Positions 57,272-64,000 of a stretch of 64,000 bases of DNA are shown in pieces; position 1 is the stretch's first letter, and each line of letters opens with the position of its first letter. The stretch comes from an uncultured Granulosicoccaceae bacterium (GTDB lineage: Bacteria; Pseudomonadota; Gammaproteobacteria; CALCKW01). The notes under the pieces were generated by a model. That model had not been told where the DNA came from. It ran no database searches and saw only the letters and a list, made by a program, of their open reading frames with translations. The stretch spans positions 16,173 through 80,172 of the forward strand of contig CALAMQ010000089.1 of NCBI GenBank assembly GCA_937925815.1, given 5' to 3'. The position numbers were made by a program, and so were the translations under genes.

Positions 57272-58231
57272 GTGAATTCCCCGTCCACAGCCTCTGAATA
57301 CGGTTTCACGTCGCTACACAAACGTGCGCTGGGCTATGGGTCTCTGCAGGACATCACCGACACCGTTGCGCAATTGCGCAACACAGTGGATCCGTCGGCG
57401 CTCACCAGTGCAGACAGAGCGCATTGGGCCGCAGCGTTGCGTTCGGGTGCAATGGCCGCCCAGCGTACTCAAGATTCGCGTTGGTTTGAGTGGTTCACTG
57501 ATGCTTGGCGGTTGTCACTGCAAATCGAAGATTTGGATGTACTGCACAAGCTTTGCGGAGATTTGAGTGCGCTGCGCCCGAATGAGGGCCGAAAACAGAT
57601 TGCCGGCCTGCGCATGCGCGGTGCTGTTGCCGGATTCGCACTGGCCAATCTGACTGGCGACACCACTCAAATGCTCACCACATTGGCCCGAAACGCAGAC
57701 AGGTTGTTGTGGGTTGGCGACGTTGGCACGGCTGACACCTTGCTCACGCAGCACAAGGTCAAGGCGCGCATAGCAAGCACCGAATTACGGGCACACACGC
57801 ACTGTCTGATTCTCGATTCACTGTGCGCTCTTCACATCTCCACTGGTGAGCTCAATGAGGCCTCTAAGCTCACGCGAGAGCTGCACGCGCGGTCCATAGG
57901 CATGCCGATTTACCAAGCGCACGCCGCCTTCCACGAAGGCATGATCGCTGTAAAACGGTTCAACTTTTCCGAAGCGCGCAAGTGCATTGAGATACTCGAA
58001 CAGTTGTCGCAGGAGCTTGGTGCCGTTGACGTTGCGCAAGACATGCAGCGCGTGCTGCGCACCGCTTGGGACGCCGGACGATCCCCCAACCCGGACTACA
58101 CGCGGCACGCCATGCCAAAGCCGTTAGACACCAACGCACTGGGCAAGCTCGGGCGCGATTTAGATAACGCGGTCGACCAACACCAGCCCTGGCTCAAGAC
58201 ATTACTGCCGAGATTTTCCACGGCGACCTAG
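57272..58231 (+). CDS. Hypothetical protein (helical, no family recognised)
   Basis: 319-aa ORF with GTG start and codon usage that looks native. No motif recognised. Confidence 0.45.
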   Translation: MNSPSTASEYGFTSLHKRALGYGSLQDITDTVAQLRNTVDPSALTSADRAHWAAALRSGAMAAQRTQDSRWFEWFTDAWRLSLQIEDLDVLHKLCGDLSALRPNEGRKQIAGLRMRGAVAGFALANLTGDTTQMLTTLARNADRLLWVGDVGTADTLLTQHKVKARIASTELRAHTHCLILDSLCALHISTGELNEASKLTRELHARSIGMPIYQAHAAFHEGMIAVKRFNFSEARKCIEILEQLSQELGAVDVAQDMQRVLRTAWDAGRSPNPDYTRHAMPKPLDTNALGKLGRDLDNAVDQHQPWLKTLLPRFSTAT

Positions 58232-58316
58232 CCGGTTTGCACAAGCAAACAAAAGACTCAGCGACAGTGAATTGGGACTCGTGTATCCGCCCTCAAAGCG
58301 TGACACAATTGCTGTC

Positions 58317-58937
58317 ATGACAGTGAACAAGCCCGCTCCCTCAGCAGCTGATGGCGCAGATCGCCTGCGCCAACAACACCGCACGGCGCGGGCTGGATTG
58401 AGCACAAACACTCAGTCCCGTCACGCCCAAGCGTTGCGCGACCGCATTGACCACCTGCCGGAATTCCGCGACGCGAGACACATTGCAGGCTACGCCGCCA
58501 TTAAGGGCGAAATTGACGTCAATCCCGTGTTGCAATTGGCGCATGCAAACGGCAAGTCCGTCTACTTGCCTGCGTTGCGTGAGAATTCAATGCTGTTTTT
58601 GCCTTGGATCCCGGGCAGCGCACTGGTGCAGCGAGGCATGGGTTTGTACGAGCCACCGTCGGAGGACTCGCTCGCCCTGCACCCGGCGCAACTCGATATC
58701 GTGTTGACCCCGCTTGTCGTTTTTGACAAAACTGGACATCGAATTGGCCAAGGTGGCGGCTACTACGACCGCACCTTTGCCTTCAAACACCACAACCCAA
58801 CTGCAATGCCCTTCTTGCTCGGCGTTGCGCACGAAAGTCAACGCGAGGGCTCGCTGACACCCATGCCGTGGGATGTCACACTCAACGCCGTCGCCACAGA
58901 CGCAGCACTGCATCGCTCACTGGACACTGGCACATGA
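58317..58937 (+). CDS. 5-formyltetrahydrofolate cyclo-ligase
   Basis: GGGYYDR motif and the ...PWDV.L..V.T... C-terminus. ATG at 58317. Confidence 0.8.
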   Translation: MTVNKPAPSAADGADRLRQQHRTARAGLSTNTQSRHAQALRDRIDHLPEFRDARHIAGYAAIKGEIDVNPVLQLAHANGKSVYLPALRENSMLFLPWIPGSALVQRGMGLYEPPSEDSLALHPAQLDIVLTPLVVFDKTGHRIGQGGGYYDRTFAFKHHNPTAMPFLLGVAHESQREGSLTPMPWDVTLNAVATDAALHRSLDTGT

Positions 58938-59386
58938 ATTTTTGGCTGATGAAATCCGAACCAGATGTCTTTGGCATTGACGACCTCAAGCGCGTCAAGA
59001 CAGAACCTTGGGACGGCATCCGAAACTACCAGGCGCGCAACTTTATGCGCGACGCCATGAAGAAAGGTGACAAAGCCTTTTTCTACCATTCAAACACCGA
59101 CGTCCCAGGCATTGTCGGCATGATGAGCGTGCACAAAGAAGCTTATCCAGACCACACCGCTCGCGACCCAGACAGCAAATACTTCGACCCCAAAGCCACT
59201 GAAGAGAACCCGCGCTGGGTGATGGTCGATGTGAAATTCAGTCGCAAATTCAAACGCACAATTAGCTTGGCCGAGATGCGCGATGACCCTGCGCTTGCCG
59301 ATTTCCGCCTATTGCAGCGAGGGCAACGGCTGAGTATTTTGCCGGTCGAGCAAGTCCATTGGGACCACATTGTATCGCTGATATAA
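58934..59386 (+). CDS. EVE (PUA-like) domain protein
   Basis: MNFWLMKSEPDVF..DDL......WDGIRNYQARNFMRD.MK.GD.AFFYHS matches the EVE family. ATGA overlap with the 5-FCL gene. Confidence 0.8.
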   Translation: MNFWLMKSEPDVFGIDDLKRVKTEPWDGIRNYQARNFMRDAMKKGDKAFFYHSNTDVPGIVGMMSVHKEAYPDHTARDPDSKYFDPKATEENPRWVMVDVKFSRKFKRTISLAEMRDDPALADFRLLQRGQRLSILPVEQVHWDHIVSLI

Positions 59387-59434
59387 CCCTATATTCTTCC
59401 AACCGTAATTCCGCTTTCACGCGACAGGACGCCA

Positions 59435-60196
59435 ATGCACTCACTCGATTCAAAGACCGTTGTCATCACTGGTGCAAGTCGTGGCATCGGCGCTGCCGCT
59501 GCGGTTGCCTTTGCCGAAGCCGGCGCGAGGGTTGCTCTCTTGGCTCGCGACCTCGACGCCTGTCAGAAAACCGCTGCAAGCCTGGAGTCAGCGGGTCATG
59601 AAGCACTTGCCATACGTTGTGATGTCGCAGACTACGGCAATGTGGACGCAGCCCTGCAACAGTGCGTCGATCACTTTGGTCAGCTCGATGTCATGGTGAA
59701 CAATGCGGGCGTCATCGACCCAATTGGATTGATGGAATCGGTCGATCCCGCCGCCTGGTCAGATGCGGTCGACATCAACCTCAAGGGCACATTCAACGGC
59801 ATGCATGCCGCGCTGCCGCACTTGCTCGCCGCCGGTGGCGGCACTGTACTCAATGTCAGCTCCGGCGCGGCACAGACAGCGCTGGCGGGTTGGAGCCATT
59901 ACTGCGCAGCCAAAGCCGCATGCTCCATGCTCACGCGCTGCACTCACGTTGAATACCAAGACAGAGCGATCCGCGTCATGGGGCTGAGCCCAGGCACTGT
60001 CGCCACAGACATGCAAGTGAAAATCAAAGCGTCGGGCATCAATGCGGTGAGCAAACTCGACCCGAATGTGCACATAGACCCAAGCTGGCCAGCACGGGCC
60101 ATGGTCTGGATGTGCTCACCTGACGCCGCGGTTTTCGCAGGCCAGGAGATCGCACTGCGAGATCCCGACATCCGCGCCCGTATTGGCCTGACCTAA
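59435..60196 (+). CDS. Short-chain dehydrogenase/reductase
   Basis: TGASRGIG, NNAG, SSGAA...YCAAKAA (YxxxK). Confidence 0.85.
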   Translation: MHSLDSKTVVITGASRGIGAAAAVAFAEAGARVALLARDLDACQKTAASLESAGHEALAIRCDVADYGNVDAALQQCVDHFGQLDVMVNNAGVIDPIGLMESVDPAAWSDAVDINLKGTFNGMHAALPHLLAAGGGTVLNVSSGAAQTALAGWSHYCAAKAACSMLTRCTHVEYQDRAIRVMGLSPGTVATDMQVKIKASGINAVSKLDPNVHIDPSWPARAMVWMCSPDAAVFAGQEIALRDPDIRARIGLT

Positions 60197-60338
60197 AGGC
60201 ACGCCACGGATCATCACAGTGGAACTGCTGCCAGCGGTGAGCCTGCGCCTATCCAGATCGACAGGCCCGTCTTCCGTCGCGCCTGTTCAGTGATCCACTA
60301 AGCTCCCGATAGCTGTCTATTTGGGATTCTGATTTCGC

Positions 60339-61250
60339 ATGCCGCAATACCTCTCTCTATTCCTCAAAGGGCTCGCAATGGGCGCGGCCAATGTTGTGCC
60401 CGGGGTCTCAGGCGGCACAGTCGCACTGGTTACAGGCATCTACGAGCGGCTGATCAATGCGCTCAAACGGTGCGACATCACGGCTCTCAAACACGTGCTT
60501 CGCGCCGACGTCAAAGCGGCGTGGTCACACATCGACGGCGCGTTCCTCAGCGCCATTTTGCTCGGGGTCGGTGCGAGCATTTTTTCGCTCGCCAAGATTT
60601 TGGAGTACCTCTTAGCCGAGCACGAGACGCTGACCATGTCTTTTTTCTTCGGCCTGATTTTGGTGTCGGTGTTTTCTGTGGGACGCACTGTGCGCGCCTG
60701 GGGGCCAGGCAGCGTGATGATGTTGTTGCTTGGGGCGGGCATTGCAATCGGCATCGCTTTGCTCGCGCCCGCCAGCGAAAACGCAGGGTTTGGCTATCTC
60801 ATCCTGTGCGGTGTGGTGGCCATTTGCAGCATGATTTTGCCGGGCCTCTCAGGGTCTTTCATCCTGATCATGATGGGCAACTACGCGCTTGTGCTCGGCG
60901 CCGTAGGAGACCTCAACCTCGCGGTTTTATTGCCAGTTGCCATCGGTTGCGTGGTCGGTCTACTGGCATTCTCTCATTTTCTAGCCTGGGTCTATGGCCG
61001 TCACCACGACCAGACAGTGGCGTTGATGACGGGTTTTATCCTCGGCTCGCTGGTCGTTATCTGGCCATTCAAGAACACGCTGACAACCGTCTTGGAGCGC
61101 GTTGGAAAACCGCCAAAGGATATCGTGACTGGCTACGAGTGGTTTGTCCCAGCCCTCTCTGCCGAGACGCTCATTGCACTGGCTGCCGCGCTGCTAGGTG
61201 GGATTGGGTTGTGGGCGGTTGAACGCCTGGCCGGTGGTACATCACGCTAG
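60339..61250 (+). CDS. DUF368-family integral membrane protein
   Basis: GLAMGAANVVPGVSGGTVAL and a second PGLSGSFIL repeat typical of DUF368. Confidence 0.7.
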   Translation: MPQYLSLFLKGLAMGAANVVPGVSGGTVALVTGIYERLINALKRCDITALKHVLRADVKAAWSHIDGAFLSAILLGVGASIFSLAKILEYLLAEHETLTMSFFFGLILVSVFSVGRTVRAWGPGSVMMLLLGAGIAIGIALLAPASENAGFGYLILCGVVAICSMILPGLSGSFILIMMGNYALVLGAVGDLNLAVLLPVAIGCVVGLLAFSHFLAWVYGRHHDQTVALMTGFILGSLVVIWPFKNTLTTVLERVGKPPKDIVTGYEWFVPALSAETLIALAAALLGGIGLWAVERLAGGTSR

Positions 61251-61282
61251 AGTGGACACGAAAACCCGCTTCCAACGCGGGG

Positions 61283-61624
61283 TCAGAACGTGTCCGGGGC
61301 GTGCAGGCTCAGAAATTCTGAGAGGTGGCCTATTTCATCGTCGGTCAGTCGGCTCGCACCCTGCGTGAGGGTCGGGTGCTGGCCGTCACCGCGGCGGTAG
61401 GAGCGCAGTGCCAGTCGGTAATCATTGACCGAGCCTGCGAGCGGCACCAAGCTGGTGCTCGCCGCGTTGCCGAGCGCCTCATGACAGCCGACGCACCCGC
61501 GCACATGGTAGAGACGCTCTCCGGTTGCGGCATCGGCGTCAACGGTTCCGCCTTGCCCCGCTGTCAGTGCTGCTCCAGACAGGAACAACACTGCGCCGGC
61601 AACCTTGATCATCCTCGCCATCAT
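61283..61624 (-). CDS. Small periplasmic c-type cytochrome
   Basis: Signal peptide plus a single haem motif CVGCH. 113 aa. Confidence 0.75.
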   Translation of the reverse strand: MMARMIKVAGAVLFLSGAALTAGQGGTVDADAATGERLYHVRGCVGCHEALGNAASTSLVPLAGSVNDYRLALRSYRRGDGQHPTLTQGASRLTDDEIGHLSEFLSLHAPDTF

Positions 61625-61635
61625 CGCGCGCTATC

Positions 61636-61677
61636 AACTTTCGAAAAATTAATCAGTTAACTATAGTATCGAAAGTT
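61636..61677. repeat. 9-bp inverted repeat AACTTTCGA-N24-TCGAAAGTT directly upstream of the cytochrome c gene
   Basis: Read directly: 61636-61644 and 61669-61677 are reverse complements. The spacer is AT-rich. Confidence 0.9.
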
Positions 61678-61733
61678 ACTTCTACTGTGTGCCAATTTTT
61701 TACTGGCGCCAAAATCGGTCGATGAGTCCGAGA

Positions 61734-62393
61734 TCAAAACCGGTACTCTAAGCCGAATTTGACGTAAGGATAGAGGCTCAGCGCATCGTCATATTCCGCC
61801 AAGACCTCGTCGACTTCCGCCTGAATGTCGGCCTCTGGGATGAAGCTGGTCTCGCGTTCGACCAACGAAACCTCGGGGCTATCAACAGACGACACACCAA
61901 TTTCACTGCGCAGCGACACACGATTGCCAAATGACGTGAGCCAGCCCAAACCGACGTAGGGTGAGACCGACTTAAAGTCCACTGACATATCGAGGTAACC
62001 CAAATCTGCGGGTTGTACCGTGATACTGCCAACCTGAATTGGCGCTGTCGGGTCGGCCGTCCCGTCGACATCGATATTCATTTTGGCCAAACCACCGCTG
62101 AGGTAGAACCCAGTTGGTGTTGGAAACCAATCGAGCTGAAGGCGCGTAAAGCCGAGATCCGCGGCGAGCTCATATTCGACTCCATCAATATTCTGGGAGT
62201 CCTCGGCATCGATTCCTTCAATCGCCAGCCTCAACACCAAACCCGGTTTGAGCTCACAGCCACCACCGGCGCCAACACCACCGGTCCCAGCGTGCAGGCC
62301 TCCAAAGCAGGCGGGCTGATGATCATCCGCCAGAACGGGCGACAACGCAGCCACTGTGATCAATGCAACTAATACGAGTAAACGGTCCAGCAT
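61734..62393 (-). CDS. Outer-membrane beta-barrel protein (small OMP)
   Basis: Signal peptide MLDRLLVLVALITVAALSPVLA. Alternating beta-strand pattern. C-terminal ...FGLEYRF with a terminal aromatic residue. Confidence 0.65.
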   Translation of the reverse strand: MLDRLLVLVALITVAALSPVLADDHQPACFGGLHAGTGGVGAGGGCELKPGLVLRLAIEGIDAEDSQNIDGVEYELAADLGFTRLQLDWFPTPTGFYLSGGLAKMNIDVDGTADPTAPIQVGSITVQPADLGYLDMSVDFKSVSPYVGLGWLTSFGNRVSLRSEIGVSSVDSPEVSLVERETSFIPEADIQAEVDEVLAEYDDALSLYPYVKFGLEYRF

Positions 62394-62572
62394 GGTGATA
62401 CCTCCAGTGTATCGAGCTCAAAAACGAGGAGTCTGCTGAGGTCAATGCAGCCGTCGTGCCGAAATCTTCCGCGAGCGGCAAAAAGTTGCCAGACAGTGCC
62501 TTCAGGGTCGCCGTAGCTTGTCGATATTACTGACAGTGGGGTTAAACCACCCTGTTGCCATCGAATGCATCT

Positions 62573-63061
62573 ATGCCAAGCGCGTCAGACATCTCATCCT
62601 CCGCCACAGACGCCAAACCCAGTCTCGTAGCGGACTTGGCGATAGCAGGCTTGGTGCTCGCGATTTTTGCAGCTGTTTTGCTCCCTCGATTGGACAGTGA
62701 GACCGCGACACTCGCCAACCCGCTACACGACATTGCTGCCGCAGCTGGGTCATTGCAAAGTGCCGCGTCACTCAAACGGGCAGAGTCGTTGACCCGAGGC
62801 AAACCGATAAGCCGCGATCTCGACGCCCCGGATTCTGGCGCTCTGATATCGGTCTCGCGCCCAATTGCCGCCGAAGACTGCGCGCGTTTGTGGAACCGCT
62901 TATTGCCGCAGGGACCCGTCGCCAACACTGAGCCCAACACCGAATTCAGAGTCTCGCCAACGCCAGAGCCCGGCCTCTGCCGTTACCAATACCGCGGGGC
63001 GGGCGCAAAACTCTACACCATCTCTTACAGCCCCAAATCGGGAAAAGTGGCCTACGAATAA
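62573..63061 (+). CDS. Hypothetical membrane-anchored protein
   Basis: Native-looking codon usage. Single N-terminal hydrophobic helix LVADLAIAGLVLAIFAAVLLP. Start is ATG 62573 or TTG 62555. Confidence 0.4.
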   Translation: MPSASDISSSATDAKPSLVADLAIAGLVLAIFAAVLLPRLDSETATLANPLHDIAAAAGSLQSAASLKRAESLTRGKPISRDLDAPDSGALISVSRPIAAEDCARLWNRLLPQGPVANTEPNTEFRVSPTPEPGLCRYQYRGAGAKLYTISYSPKSGKVAYE

Positions 63062-63073
63062 GCGCCTGAGAAA

Positions 63074-64000
63074 TCAGTCGTGATGCAGTCCGAGCACGCT
63101 GCAGGCTTGCTCGAGCGCGAGATCGAGTGCCGCATCAGTGGCCGCCGAGAGGTTTAGGTGCCCCATCTTTCGGCCCGCGCGCGCGGCCTGCTTCCCGTAC
63201 AAGTGCAGTTCGCACCCCTCAATGGCTTGCAAGGCACACCAATCAGGCTCACCGTCTGCCCACACATCCCCAAGCAAATTGAGCATGGCAGTTGGCTGGC
63301 GCAAGGTTACCGGCAACAGTGGCAAGCCAGATATGGCCCGCACTTGGCATTCGAACTGGTTGACCGCGCAGCCCAACTGACTGTAATGGCCACTGTTATG
63401 AGGACGCGGTGCGATTTCATTGGCGAGCAACTCGCCACTGTCGGTGACGAAGAATTCCACTGCCATCACGCCGCAGTAATCAAGTGCCACCGCAATCCTC
63501 AAGGCCGTGGCGCGAGCCGCCTCTTCGATAGATGCTGTGACCCGAGCAGGGACTCGTGTGGTGTGGAGAATGCCGTTGCGGTGAACGTTCTCGCCGACCG
63601 GTAAACACACCGCATCACCAGCTGCGTTTCGCGCCACAACCACGGACACTTCCGCCGCGAGCGGCACCATGCGCTCGAAAACGCACGGCACGCCACCTAG
63701 GTGTTCAACAGCGTCAGCCAACGCCTGTTCACTGTCGCAGCGCACCTGCCCCTTGCCGTCGTAGCCGAGCGTGGCAGTTTTTAAAATGCCGGCGCCCGCG
63801 ACCTCGCGCCAAGCGTTCGCCACATCTGTATCAGTGGCGATTTCCGCCCACACGACTGTGGGCACCCCAGCCTGTGCAAACGCCCGCTTTTCTCGCCGGC
63901 GATCCTGCGCAACCTCAAGCGCACTCGCTTGCGGTGCGACACGGGTATTGGCCGCAAGGTATCGCAACGTCTCGGCCGGTATATTTTCAAATTCTGTGGT
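63074..64000 (-). CDS. purK: N5-carboxyaminoimidazole ribonucleotide synthase (ATP-grasp), N-terminus beyond window edge
   Basis: The frame stays open to nt 64000 (TTEFENIPAETLRYLA...). ATP-grasp segments ILKTATLGYDGKGQ, EIAPRPHNSGHY, KMGHL. Confidence 0.85.
   Translation of the reverse strand, partial: TTEFENIPAETLRYLAANTRVAPQASALEVAQDRRREKRAFAQAGVPTVVWAEIATDTDVANAWREVAGAGILKTATLGYDGKGQVRCDSEQALADAVEHLGGVPCVFERMVPLAAEVSVVVARNAAGDAVCLPVGENVHRNGILHTTRVPARVTASIEEAARATALRIAVALDYCGVMAVEFFVTDSGELLANEIAPRPHNSGHYSQLGCAVNQFECQVRAISGLPLLPVTLRQPTAMLNLLGDVWADGEPDWCALQAIEGCELHLYGKQAARAGRKMGHLNLSAATDAALDLALEQACSVLGLHHD

Noticed and set aside
58100-58316. Expected 6S RNA (ssrS) upstream of the 5-formyl-THF cyclo-ligase gene
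   Set aside because: Only 85 nt are non-coding here. I could not see the long closing stem and central bubble architecture or the conserved 6S segments. Only a short GTTTGC-ACAA-GCAAAC hairpin (58225-58240) is present.
60470-61222. 250-aa Arg-rich ORF in an alternative frame of the DUF368 gene
   Set aside because: The DUF368 frame carries the characteristic PGVSGG repeats and TM helices. The alternative frame is Arg/Gly/His-rich nonsense.
1-64000. CRISPR arrays, tRNA/rRNA genes, prophage or defence-island content
   Set aside because: I saw no regularly spaced repeats, no tRNA-like T-arm/acceptor patterns, no integrase, nuclease or helicase-type defence genes, and no marked compositional island. 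The window reads as core chromosome.

Overview
GC-rich (about 58-60% by eye), densely packed chromosomal segment. Gene adjacencies (grxD-rnt, mpl, rsuA, 5-formyl-THF cyclo-ligase + EVE, purK) suggest a Gammaproteobacterium. I call about 65 protein genes. I found no rRNA, tRNA, CRISPR array or IS termini. Main blocks, left to right: (1) a sugar-acid type operon (enolase-superfamily enzyme, Zn-ADH, KduD-like SDR); (2) a Rieske oxygenase coupled to RidA; (3) a lone Y1(HUH)-transposase-like protein fused to a DnaA domain-IV-like HTH; (4) an 11-gene minus-strand chain sufB-C-D-S-A-T-E-E followed by HDAC-family, VOC-family and rsuA genes, with an IscR-type palindrome upstream; (5) a small envelope block (Wzx-like flippase, GT2, galE) next to a Hanks kinase with a cNMP-binding-like domain, then mpl; (6) housekeeping genes (rnt, grxD, asnB-type, sod, argD, argF); (7) an aapJQMP-type amino-acid ABC transporter; (8) a 10-gene Mrp-like cluster in the unusual order E-F-G-DUF4040-B-C-D-D-small ORF-D; (9) gltA; (10) a form-II CoxSLM-type molybdenum hydroxylase operon. 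It is separated by an intrinsic terminator from a coupled maturation chain coxD-coxE-mocA-xdhC plus a second SufS paralogue and a SufU-type protein; (11) 5-FCL, EVE, SDR, DUF368, cytochrome c, an OMP and purK. The region looks like core genome rather than a mobile or defence island. The candidates I rate highest for under-described biology are the SufS2/SufU-XdhC module and the Mrp-like cluster with three antiporter-like subunits. All assignments come from motif and family recognition by eye. No database search was run, and start codons are often uncertain.
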